From Chiloscyllium plagiosum (taxonomy: Eukaryota): a stretch of 39,601 bases of DNA. A program made the position numbers and the translations under genes. The stretch covers positions 101,466,629-101,506,229 of the forward strand of contig NC_057718.1 of NCBI RefSeq assembly GCF_004010195.1. The letters are read 5' to 3'. This document shows positions 1 to 9,871 of this stretch, piece by piece; position 1 is the stretch's first letter, and each line of letters opens with the position of its first letter. Under the pieces are notes generated by a model. That model was not told the origin of the DNA. It did no database searches and worked only from the letters and a program-made list of their open reading frames with translations.

Positions 1-1403
1 GAATCTGTGCAGAGGGTTGCAGAGGCCAAGTCATAGAGATGTACAGCATGGAAACAAACCTGTTGGTCCAAACTGTCCACGCCGACCAGATATCCCAACC
101 CAATCTAGTCCCACCTGCCAGCACCCGGCCCATATCCCTCCAAACTGTTCCTATTCATATACCCATCCAAATGATTCTTAAACATTGTAATTGTACCAGC
201 TCCACCACTTCCTCTGGCAGCTCATTCCATACACGTACCACCCTCTGTGTGAAAAAGTTGCCCCTTAGGTCTCTCTTATATCTTTCCCCTCTCACCCTAA
301 ACCTATGCCCTCTAGTTCTTGACCCCGCGGCCCCAGGGAAAAGACTTTGCCTATTTACCCTATCCATGTCCCTCATAATTTTGTAAACCTCTATAAGGTC
401 ACCTCTCAGCCTCCGACGCTCCAGGGAAAACAGCCCCAGCCTGTTCAGCCTCTCCCTATAGCTCAAATCCTCCAAGCATACCAGACGCCTTCCTCACTAT
501 CCTATCTACCTGCGATTCCACTTTCAAGGAGCTATGTGCCTGCACTCCAAGGTCTCTTTGTTCAGCAACACTCCCTCGGACCTTACCATTAAGTGTATAA
601 GTCCTACTAAGATTTGCTTTCCCAAAATGCAGCACATCGCATTTATCTGAATTAAACTCCATCTCAGCCCATTGGCCCATCTGATCAACATCCCTTTGTA
701 ATCTGAGGTAACCCTCTTCGCTGTCTACTTCACCTCCAATTTTGGTGTCATCTGCAAACTTCTAACTGTACCTCTTATGCTCACATCCAAATCATTTATG
801 TAAATGACAAAAAGTAGAGGACCCAGCACCAATCCTTGTGGCACTCCACTGGTCACAGGCCTCCAGTCTGAAAAACAACCCTCCACCACCACCCTCTGTC
901 TTCTACCTTTGAGCCAGTTCTGTATCCAAATGGCTAGTTCTCCCTGTATTCCATAAGATCTAACCTTGCTAATCAGTCTCCCATGGGGAACTTTGTCGAA
1001 TGCCTTACTGAAGTCCATATCGATCACATATACCGCTCTGCCCTCATCAATCCTCTTTATTAGTTCCTCAAAAAACTCAATCAAGTTTGTGAGACATGAT
1101 TTCCCAAGCTCAAAACCATGTTGACTATCCCTAATCAGTCCTTGTCTTTCCAAATACATGTACATCCTGTCCCTCAGGATTCCCTCCAACAACTTGCCCA
1201 CCACCGACATCAGGCTCACTGGTCTATAGTTCCCATTGAGTGCCTTTAAGACCAAGATAGATAGGTTCTTGATTGGTAAGGGAATCAAGGGTTACAGGGA
1301 AGAGGCTGGAGGATGGGGTTGAGGAACATGTCACCCATGATTGAATGGTGGAGTAGATCCGATGGGCTGAATGGCCTAATTCTGCTCCTTTTCCTTCTGG
1401 TCT
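1..1403 (+). mobile_element. Older CR1-type LINE 3' end (family B), split into 1-34 and 1234-1403 by a younger LINE
   Basis: gaggccaagtcat (to 34) continues as cattgagtgcctttaagaccaagatagataggttcttg...gggctgaatggcctaattctgctcc (1234-1403). The same 3' end occurs at 13018-13275 and 24385-24452. Confidence 0.7.
30..1234 (-). mobile_element. 5'-truncated CR1/HER1-type LINE (family A): RT C-terminal half plus 3' UTR, decayed
   Basis: Minus-strand ORFs give [65 protein letters not shown] and RERLNRLGLFSLERRRLRGDLIEVYK. The tail is catctctatgac. It has frameshifts and an internal deletion near 475 relative to the copy at 20537-22102. Confidence 0.93.
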
Positions 1404-1612
1404 AAGTCAGATATTGCAGAAGATCCAATGAAAACTCATAGTGTGTACACCTGTTGTTTAGAGAGAATTGGTTGAATTAACTCCATTTCACTTCATCACT
1501 TCAGGGGTCCCTTTTTAGCGTGAATTGTCAGGCTGGAACTCGGGGGGAGGAAATGCTGAATTGAGTCAATCAAGTCTACATATAGACAAGCCACCAAAAT
1601 GCAAACAATTGA

Positions 1613-2935
1613 ATAAGAATAGTAACAGGAGCAGGCAATTCGGCCCCTCAAACCTGTTCCCCCATTTAATAGGATTGTGGCTGATTCAACATTCCTCACA
1701 TCCACTTTCCTGCTCTTTTCCCTTAACACTTTATTCCCTGACTGATCAAGAATCTATCTACCCAGCCTTAAATATATACAAGGACTTTACCCCCACAGCT
1801 CTCTGTGACAAGGAGTTCCAAAGACTCTCAACCCTCTGAGAGAAGAAATTCCTCCCCATCTCCGTCTGAAATTGGTGCCCCTTTATTCTGAGTCTGTACC
1901 CTCTGGTCCTAGCCTCTCCCATGAGGGGAAATGTCCTCTCAGTATTGACCCTGTCAAGCCCCTTAAGAATCCAATATGTCTCAATGAGATCACCTCTTAT
2001 TCTTCGAAACTTCAGTGAGTAGAATCCCAGCCAGTTTAACCTTTGCTTATAAGACAATCCCTCTCATACTAGGGATCATCCTCATGTACCTTCCCTGATC
2101 TGCCTCCAATTAATTATCTTTTTCTTAAATAAGAGGTCCAAAACTGTTCTCAGTACGCCAGACATGGTCTCCCAGCACCTTGTACAGTTGCAGTAAGACT
2201 TCCCCACTCTTATACTCCAGTCCCCTTGAAATGAGAACCAACATTTCATGAGCCTGCCTAATTACCTGCTGCACCTATGTGCTAACTTTATGTGTTTAAT
2301 GTACAAGTTCCCCCCCCCCCCCGTCCCTTTGTGTTGCAGCTGTCTGCAGTCTTTCTACATTTAAGTAATAATGTTCTTTGTTCTCCCTTCCAGAATGAAG
2401 AACTTCACATTTTCCCACATTATTCTCTACTTGCCAACATTTTGCGCACTCACTTAACCTATCAATATTTCCCTGTATGCTGTTTGTGTCCCACTCGTTC
2501 CTGATGAAGGGCTCCTGCACGAAATGTCGATTTTTCTGCTCCTCGGTTGCTGCCTGACCTTCTCTGTGCTTTTCCAGCACCACGCTCTCAACTCCCTCTC
2601 ATAACGTGCCTTTCACCTATTTTTGTGTCGTCTGCAAATTTGTTTACAGTACATTCACTTCCTTCCTCCAAGCCATTAATATGCATTGATGACAGTTGCG
2701 GTCTCAGCACTGATCCCTGTGGAACCCACTGGTTATGGGTCGCCAATTGGAAACGAACCCCTCCCTCTGACTCGCTGTTTCCTGCCCATCAGCCAATTCT
2801 CTATCCACGCCAATATACTACCTCCAACACCATGGGCTCATATCTCATGAAGAAACTTTTGGTGGGATCCCTTGTCGAATGCCTTCAGGAAGTCCAAATA
2901 CAACATATCTACTGGTACCCCTCTATCCACTGTGG
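1613..2935 (-). mobile_element. CR1-type LINE 3' fragment (family B), decayed
   Basis: ORF 1758-2057(-) MSYKQRLNWLGFYSLKFRRIRGDLIETY...RNFFSQRVESLWNSL, ORF 2296-2583 KCEVLHSGREN, and the family-B 3' UTR at 1613-1700. Confidence 0.88.
2497..2594 (+). mobile_element. Penelope-derived short repeat (family P1) with a degenerate hammerhead motif, inserted in a CR1
   Basis: ttcctgatgaagggctcctgcacgaaatgtcgatt...ccagcaccacgctctc matches the arms at 5293-5384 and 38381-38477. Possible TSD tcccactc/tccctctc. Confidence 0.8.
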
Positions 2936-2946
2936 TACATGAGTCT

Positions 2947-3166
2947 AACACAGAAAATGCTGGAGAAACTCAGCAGCACCTGAGAAGAAAGAAGCAGAGT
3001 TAATATTTCAAGTGCAGTATCACTCAGAGTACTAGAGAAAAGTCACACTGGACTCAAAACATTAACTCTGGTTTTCTCTCCACAGATGCTACCGAACCTG
3101 CTGAGTTTCTCCAGTGTTATCTGGAATCGTTTCAGATTTCCAGCATCTGAGGTACTTTGCTTTTAT
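2947..3166. mobile_element. Penelope-derived fold-back element (family P4), decayed hammerheads
   Basis: Inverted arms acagaaaatgctggagaaactcagcag...agagttaatatttcaagt versus ggactcaaaacattaactct...ctgctgagtttctccagt, followed by the extension ttcagatttccagcatctgagg. Confidence 0.75.
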
Positions 3167-3650
3167 GGGCATCGAAAGGTTCCTATCTGGATGCATCACA
3201 GCAATACTATGGCAACTGCTGTTCCCAACACTGCAAGACATACAGAGAGCTGTGAACTCAGCCCAGTCCATAAGGCAAACTAGCCTCCAATCCATTGGCT
3301 CCATCTATACATCCTACTGCCTTGGGAAAGCAACTGACATCATCAAAGATCCCTCCCATCCCAGTTATACTCCCTTCCACCATCTTCCATTGGGCTGAAG
3401 ATACAAACATTTGCATACACGTTTGAAGAGATTCAGGAACAGCTTCTTCCCCGTTGTTATCAGACTTTTGAATGGACCTCTTTAATATTAATGTTGATCT
3501 CTCTCTGCACCTTCTCGGCAGCTGGAACACCCCGTTCTGTTACCCTGCTGCACTTGTATAGCACCATCTGCCTGTAAAGCACATAAGACAGCACTTTTCA
3601 CTGTACCTTGCTACATGTGACTGTAACAAATCAAATCAAATCTAATCTAA
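3167..3650 (+). mobile_element. Rex1/Babar-type LINE 3' fragment
   Basis: Translates to IERFLSGCITA...QRAVNSAQSI...LGKATDIIKDPSHPSYTPFHHLPLG and RFRNSFFPVVIRLLN. The 3' UTR has cttttcactgtacct..tacatgtgac and an (aaatc)n tail. Confidence 0.8.
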
Positions 3651-3772
3651 TGCATCACCGATAGCCTGACATAATCACCATAGGTGAATTGGAGATGCTG
3701 GTGTTGGACTGGGGTATACAAAGTTACAAATCACACAACACCAGGTTATAGTCCAACAGGTTTAATTGGAAG

Positions 3773-3807
3773 CACTAGCTTTCGGAGTGTCACTCCTTCA
3801 TCAGGTG
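3773..3807 (-). ncRNA. Minimal type I hammerhead ribozyme motif (intact core)
   Basis: Minus strand reads CAC-CUGAUGA-A-GGAGU(GAC)ACUCC-GAAA-GC-UA-GUG, with helix I CAC/GUG, a 5-bp helix II and palindromic AGCU helix III. Activity is unproven. Confidence 0.7.
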
Positions 3808-4125
3808 GTTGTGGAGGGCACAATTGTAAGACACAGAATTTATAGCAAACGTTTACAGTGTGATGTAACTGAAATCATACATTGAAAAATACCTTGATTG
3901 TTTGTTAAGGCTCTCATCTGTTAGAATGACCATGATAGTTTCACTTCTTTCATATGTAAATCACAAAACGTTTTTTTAAAAGTTACATTCTCAGGTTAAC
4001 TGCTTTTAAAAAAAGATGAGAGCCTTAACAGACAAGCAAGGTATTTTTCAATGTATAATTTCGGTTACATCACACTGTAAACTTTTGCTATAAATTCTGT
4101 GTGTTACAATTGTGCCCTCCACAAC

Positions 4126-4160
4126 CACCTGATGAAGGAGTGGCGCTCCGAAAACTAGTG
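4126..4160 (+). ncRNA. Minimal hammerhead ribozyme motif (helix III palindrome mutated)
   Basis: CAC-CUGAUGA-A-GGAG(UGGCG)CUCC-GAAA-AC-UA-GUG. Confidence 0.55.
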
Positions 4161-4452
4161 ATTAGATTAGATTAGATTACTTACAGTGTGGAAACAGGCC
4201 CTTCGGCCCAACAAGTCCACACCGACCCGCCGAAGCGCAATCTACCCATACCCCTACATCTACCCCTTACTTAACACTACTGGCAATTTAGCATGGCCAA
4301 TTCACCTGACCTGCACATCTTTGGACTGTGGGAGGAAACCGGAGCACCCGGAGGAAACCCACGCAGACACGGGGAGAATGTGCAAACTCCACACAGTCAG
4401 TCGCCTGACTCGGGAATTGAACCCGGGTCTCTGGCGCTGTGAGGCAGCAGTG
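4161..4452 (-). mobile_element. HE1-type tRNA-derived V-SINE, young, slightly 5'-truncated
   Basis: Minus strand has the B box gggttcaattcc, the V-domain tgtgtggagtttgcacattctccccgtgtctgcgtgggtttcctccggg, a CR1-like tail and (taatc)n. It is flanked by agtg at 4157-4160 and 4449-4452. Confidence 0.92.
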
Positions 4453-5175
4453 CTTCCAATTAAACCTGTTGGACTATAACCTGGTGTATTGTGGTTTGTA
4501 ACCATAGGTGAAGGGCATTTTCCCAGAAGATAAGACCAGTAAAACTGCTAATGACATGTCCTGGTCTGGTCGCCTTTTATGCATCAGAATGAAGCTGTAG
4601 TGTGACCAGTGCATTCATCTCCAAGTGTTACTGGGTTTTTTTCAATGGATGTTTCTTCTGGGTTAGCAGTAACTTTGGGGAAAGTCATTTTGCAGAGTAA
4701 GGCCGGTGAACCAAAAGATTTTGCCATTTGATTGGCAATTGAATTTTTCAAGCTATTTTCAGGTATCCGTAAGTGACAGTCCTTTCCTTAATTTAAAAAT
4801 AAGTCATTCGAGCAGTTCAACACTGACTTTGAAATAATTAAGTACATCATAAAATTAATTCAGGTTCCAGATACATGGGCCTGACATTTTGATATATCTA
4901 AGTACAAGCCCATGGGATTGTAGCTGTCCACACAAAGTAATTATTTGAGACAAAACTGGTAATCACAGAAGTTAATTACATGTAGTGTTTAAATTAGTTT
5001 GATACGGTGAGTTTCAGATGGTCTAACTTTTACTGATAACGTGCATCATTTAAATGTTTGCAGTAGAAGTGACAAAAATATGTTGAATTAAACCATGTAC
5101 TTACATAGCATCATGACAAACATCCTTTCCAGGCTTTAATGTGCAAATTGTAGGGAACAAGGCAAAGAATGGCTG

Positions 5176-5384
5176 AGAGAAAGTGAGGAGTGCAGATGCT
5201 GGAGATGAGATTCGAGAGTGTGGTGCTGGAAAAACACAGCAGGTCAGGCAGCATCCGAGGAGCAGGCGAATCGATATTTCGGGCAAAAGGGTTTCCTGAT
5301 GAAGGGCTTTTGCCCGAACTGTTGATTCTCCTGCTCTTCGGATGCTGCCTGACCTGCTGTGTTTTTCCAGCACCACACTCTTGA
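5176..5384. mobile_element. Penelope-derived fold-back element (family P1)
   Basis: 5212-5289 is an inverted repeat of about 5307-5384. The plus arm has cctgatgaagggcttttgcccgaac (GAAA mutated). The left arm has about 35 nt extra. Confidence 0.85.
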
Positions 5385-6432
5385 TATCGTACTTACACCT
5401 TGCCACCAGAGGAGGTGCCCAAATGTTCCCACTAATGGATGCTGGTCCTGTAGTGTGACGTGTTTATACAATCAGCCTCCATTGTACATAGAGGTACGGG
5501 AATTGGCAACTGGAAAAGTCAGCAGGAAGATCTTATAGCGTATCAAGGACATTTTGAGATTTCAGCAAACACCCTTTTATTGATTAAATCCTGTTGCATT
5601 GACACGGGTTCACTATTGACATTAAATGTCATGCTCTGTCAGGAACTGATTGTTAATTGTTTCTATGAATCAGCGTGATGGAATGGACAACTCAGCAATT
5701 TCGCTCAAACTAACCACTCAGTTCCAGAGGAAATTGCCAGATTCCTGAAACTGATCTTCAAAGCTTGTCCTTTCTCTAGTGCGGTCGACCCAGCAGTGGC
5801 TGGATATTCTGAATGAATAAGCGTACACAGAAGTTTCAGGATTAACAATGTTCAGCAGTTCTCAAAGGAATGTTTCCAATATTCTGGGTCAATTCGGGGA
5901 ACAAGTTGGAAGGAGTCTGTGATGGGTCCCATGCCACAACATTGGCGTTTGCTTGAGAACTCCACTACCACCTACATTTAGCTCCTTTGAGATTCACAGA
6001 TGTTGGCACTGCTGAAATTATAATGAAGGGATTTACTCCATATGTAAGCAGAGATTAAGCACCTTGCATCTGAACATATTGATTTCCTTTGCCTACTGAA
6101 ACACAGACTATGGCTTGAATGAGCGAAGAATGGTATTGTAGGTTTCCTATACAATAGAATAATAATTTCATTTTAACACCAGGTTGACCTGCTTCAATCT
6201 CATTAATGAATTGATTTTTTTTTTGTTTAAACAATTTCAATATAAGCAGTTTTGTTTCACAAGTCGCAATTGTTAATTGAAATGCTTTGAGTTTTTTTAA
6301 ATGTTGAAGGTACGGTACAAGTTAAAGTTAGTGTTGAATTGTGCGCATCGCATAGAAATGTTAAAGGGGTCCTTCACTGTTAGTCCACATTTTAAAACTG
6401 GATCACCTTTATAAAGTCAGTGGATTTCTCCT

Positions 6433-6657
6433 TGTTCTGACTTAGCAGATGAGCATGGAGGCACTAACCACACACAATAGATTGGTTAACACGAGAACAT
6501 GTATGTTAATTTATTGAGGATTTGAGAAGTGTTACACAGGTGGAGAACTTGTTCACACGTCTGACACAGACTCAATAACTTTGTACATTAGATCATTTGC
6601 CAGCTAGCGATGTGTATCAAAAACAGAAGCATGCCCACTCAAAGGTACATCACAACA
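6433..6657 (-). mobile_element. Possible solo LTR
   Basis: Minus strand starts tgttgtgatg and ends gtcagaaca (TG..CA, imperfect terminal inverted repeat), with aataaa about 75 nt from the 3' end. No TSD seen. Confidence 0.35.
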
Positions 6658-6937
6658 ACAGCATCAACAGATTCTTGAGCCTCATAGTAACAGTACTGAG
6701 GAGGTACCACAAGGTGCAGTGGGGAAAGGCCACTGTCTGAGGTCATTCCACTAAAGTTAAATGACATTTGTTCAGTTATTGGACCCTCCTTGTGCTTCAA
6801 ATGCTTGTAAATATAATCTTGTGCAAGAGACACTTTTGGTTTTTTTGTTGGAAAGAGTCAAACTCCAGTGTTTGTTTGGTTCCTTGATATGCTATTGTAC
6901 AAAACCGAACTGCATTTGTGACCAAGTATACACAAAC

Positions 6938-7227
6938 ATAAGTATATAAGTTTGCTCGCTGAACTGGAAGCTTTGTTTTCAGACGTTTCGTCACCGTGAA
7001 TAGGTAACATCATCAGTGAGAGTTTCCTGGAAATGAGATCACCCACCTTAAGAAACCAAGACCTATAATTAGAGAGATGGGACATAGCACAAGGGCTTCA
7101 CCGGAGACTCTCACTGATGATGTTACCTAGTCATGGTGACAAAAGGTCTGAAAACAAACCTTCCAGCTCAGCGAGCTAACTTACATACTTATCATCAACC
7201 TGAACTATAAATCTTCTTAAAAATCGC
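6938..7227. mobile_element. Penelope-derived fold-back element (family P3), hammerhead on each strand
   Basis: 6938-7031 is an inverted repeat of about 7099-7192, with a 35-nt extension at 7193-7227. Degenerate TSD atacacaaacata (6928-6940) / atatacaaagata (7229-7241). Confidence 0.85.
6979..7019 (-). ncRNA. Minimal type I hammerhead ribozyme motif (intact core)
   Basis: Minus strand reads UCA-CUGAUGA-U-GUUACC(UAUUCAC)GGUGAC-GAAA-CG-UC-UGA, with a GUC cleavage triplet and palindromic ACGU helix III. Confidence 0.72.
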
Positions 7228-7339
7228 GATATACAAAGATATTTTTATGAATAACGTATGTTTTGAAATTAAAAAAAAGGACAGTGTCTATCCTGTTTGT
7301 CTGTCAGATGAGACTTTAAACCGAGATCCCAAACTGCTC

Positions 7340-8071
7340 AAAAACAAGAAAACAAGTTGCTGGAGAAACTCAGCAGATCTAGGAGAAAGTGAGGACGGCA
7401 GATGCTGGAGATCAGAGTCAAAGGTGTGGTGCTGGAAAAGCACAGGTCAGGCAGTTTTCGAGGAGCAGGAGAGTTGACGTTCCAAGCATGAGCTCTTCAC
7501 CAGGAATGGTGAAATCAACATTGACGCCGTGTATTTGGAGGGTCCAAAGGCGGAAGATGAGGAATTCTTCCTCAAGGCGTCAGATGGCTAGAATTTGGCG
7601 GTGGAGGAGGCACAGGTCTTGCATGCCCTTGACAGAGTTGGAGAAGGTGTTAAAGTGTTCGGTCACAGGGTGGTGGGGTTGTTTAGTACGTGTGTCCCAG
7701 AGATGTTCTCTGAAACGTTCTGCAAGTTGGCGTCCTGTCTCCCCTATGTAGAGTAGACCACATTGAGAGCATTGGACACAGTAGATGAGGTGTTTGGATG
7801 TGCAGGGAAATCTCTGCTGGATGTGGAAGGATCCTTTGGGGCCTTGGATGGAGGTGAGGGGGGAGGTGTGGGCTCAGGTTTTACACCTCTTGCAGTGGCA
7901 GGGGAAGGCGCCGGGACTGAAGGGTTAGTGGGGCGGGGTGCAGCATGGATCTAGCGAGGTGGTTGTGGAGGAAGTGGTCTCTGCGGAATACTGAAACTCA
8001 GCAGGTCTGGCAGCATCCGTGGAGAGAGAAACAGAGTTAACGTTGTGAGTCCAGTGATGCTTCTTCAAACT
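7340..8071 (-). mobile_element. Penelope-derived repeat (family P4), split into 7340-7380 and 7993-8071
   Basis: gttgctggagaaactcagcagatct ... gaaactcagcaggtctggcagcatccgtggagagagaaacagagttaacgttgtgagtccagtgatgcttcttca, flanked by ctgctc at 7334-7339 and 8072-8077. Confidence 0.78.
7381..7992 (-). mobile_element. 5'-truncated Penelope-like element (Neptune-type): GIY-YIG endonuclease remnant plus P1 terminal repeat
   Basis: Manual minus-strand translation gives PGAFPCHCKRCKT*AHTSPLTSIQGPKGSFHIQQRFPCTSKHLIYCVQCSQCGLLYIGETGRQLAERFREHLWD. It is followed by a decayed hammerhead (cctggtgaagagctcatgcttggaacgtc). 16-bp TSD at 7365-7380 / 7993-8008 (15/16). Confidence 0.9.
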
Positions 8072-8530
8072 CTGCTCTCCCAGTTCAACATAATCATTCT
8101 CATCTTGCTATTTAGGTGAAGGGCTAATTAAATCCTCCATGAATCCTACAACAATGCTTATCTTCTGTCACCATCCTAACAAACAGATCATTCTGTCATT
8201 ATCACAGTGCTTTTAGAGGGAGCTGTTCACTGTGTTTTCTACATTGCAACAATTACAACAGTTGAAAAATATTTTATCGACTTCTGGTGATTGTGAAAGG
8301 TGCTATAGAAATTCATAAGAAATCAGAGCAGGAGTAGACCATCTGGACCATCTACTCTGCCTTTCCATAAGATTGCGGGTTTTTTTCAGGGTTATTTTTA
8401 CTGTTTGCAAAAATACTCACGAGCTGACAAAACACTGCTTTCCTGATTGAAACTGTACAACTGCTGAAGCCTACCCTGCAGCCAATACTTTCCTTCTTTG
8501 AGCTCCTCACACTCTTCACCCTCGATTAAG

Positions 8531-8750
8531 GGAGAAAGTGGGGACTGCAGATCCTGGAGATCAGAGACGAGAGTGTGGCGCTGGAAAAGCACAGCTGGTC
8601 AGGCAGCATCTGAGGAGCAGGAAAATTGATGTTTCAGGCATAAGCTTTTCGTCAGGAATTGAAGAGCTAATGCTTGAAACGTCGGCTCTCCCGCTCCTCG
8701 GACACTGCATGATCGGCTGTGCGTTTCCAGTGCCACGCTTTTTCACACTC
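8531..8750. mobile_element. Penelope-derived fold-back element (family P1), decayed
   Basis: ggagaaagtggggactgcagatcctggag...gtttcaggcataagcttttcgtcagg, then the inverted arm tgaagagctaatgcttgaaacgtcggctctcc...ccagtgccacgct. Confidence 0.78.
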
Positions 8751-8927
8751 CAATAAGGAGTGACTTGATTGGGTTTGCACACTTATAAATCGGATTGTGG
8801 AGCAATTGTTTGTGGAGAAACAAAAGATTGATATCTTCCACTTTACCGTATCAAATATTTGATATCTGAGTGAATAAAAATAAAACTATTTTGGAAATGA
8901 AAACAGAAATCTTTCCTTATCTTGCAG

Positions 8928-9001
8928 GCTTTCCTCAGGACGATGCAGCTGAGATCGCGGTGTCGACTGTGAAAGAATGGCTGACTGAGAAACAAGCTTT
9001 G
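8928..9001 (+). CDS. MACROD2: Internal coding exon of a macrodomain ADP-ribose glycohydrolase (MACROD2-like; MACROD1 not excluded)
   Basis: Acceptor ctttccttatcttgcag, donor G|gtatgt, 74 bp, phase 1 to 0. It encodes (G)FPQDDAAEIAVSTVKEWLTEKQAL, which aligns without gaps to recalled human MACROD2 GFPNEPAAVIALNTIKEWLAKNHHE and MACROD1 GYPCEAAAEIVLATLREWLEQHKDK. Long flanking introns favour MACROD2. Confidence 0.85.
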
Positions 9002-9871
9002 GTATGTAATGTTTGTATGTTCCTCGGGAGAATTTGACCAGCGAACTATCAAACTGCTTTACATCATGGGTCGATTGTTTTGTGAATTGAGTTCTGCATT
9101 GGCTGAACCCAGCGTGGTTACTGAGCTTGAGACCTTTAGTGGTCAGTCCTAGCGGGGAGTTTACCAAATGAATTCTGAAGTGGTTACATTGAAGAGTCTT
9201 TCGGTCATCAATCTTAGAGGTAGGCGCCCTCGGGTGTTAAGTGATTGAAGTGTAATGCGAGGAGGTTAAACTCTATGGCCTAATATTCGTTTTTGTTATC
9301 AAATAACAGTCCCTATTGGATTACCCAACCCTCAAAAAAGCAGTAGATAAGAATTTAGCCTCTTTTGTCTTTAACTTAAAGCCAAGTGATTGTGTGCAAT
9401 TCTTCTTTCATCCCTGGTTATTGAGGAGCCTCATTATTTCTGACATTTGCTCTGTTGAACTGTACCCTGAGATCAAAGTGATCCCAGGCTTGTGTCCAAG
9501 CATTGCAGCTCTTTATTTAGAATGCGCATTCTGTAACAGAACTATTTCCGTAGTGGTTTGCAAGTGGCTCCCTTCACCCACCGTGAGTAAAGAGCCAAGT
9601 GAGTATTTTGCAGCTGATGTTGGTAATGCGCCAAGGATTGCAACGGTCATGTTCTGAACCGAGAGACAGTGGAGAAACATGATCATCGTCTCCCCTTCTG
9701 ACCCCGTTTCTCAGTTTCTTAGACCAGGCCGCTGGATGTTAGGTGAAGGATGGAAGAGGCAACATTGGCGAGACGTCTGCTGCGTGGCCTGTTACTTCGT
9801 TGATGCTTACATCTGAGCTGAGGTGGGATTTCCACCAGTTATTGTTCGCATCTGATGAAATGGACACTCCA

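Larger units (their letters stand above)
3689..4500. mobile_element. Penelope-derived fold-back element (family P2): about 200-bp inverted arms, hammerhead on each strand, 12-bp TSD
   Basis: 3723-3922 is the reverse complement of about 4012-4160 plus 4453-4502. The perfect direct repeat accataggtgaa sits at 3677-3688 and 4501-4512. Confidence 0.85.
7280..8314 (+). mobile_element. Old Deu-domain SINE (SacSINE1/AmnSINE1-like), split into 7280-7339 and 8072-8314
   Basis: tcagatgagactttaaaccgagatccc (Deu-domain-like), then aacagatcattctgtcattatcacagtgct and the tail gtgaaaggtgctatagaaat. Homologous to 31127-31504. Confidence 0.65.

Noticed and set aside
5498..5960. Possible DNA-transposon remnant (also about 15490-15900 and 30066-30420)
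   Set aside because: Looks repeat-like, but I could not define TIRs, TSDs or a second copy.
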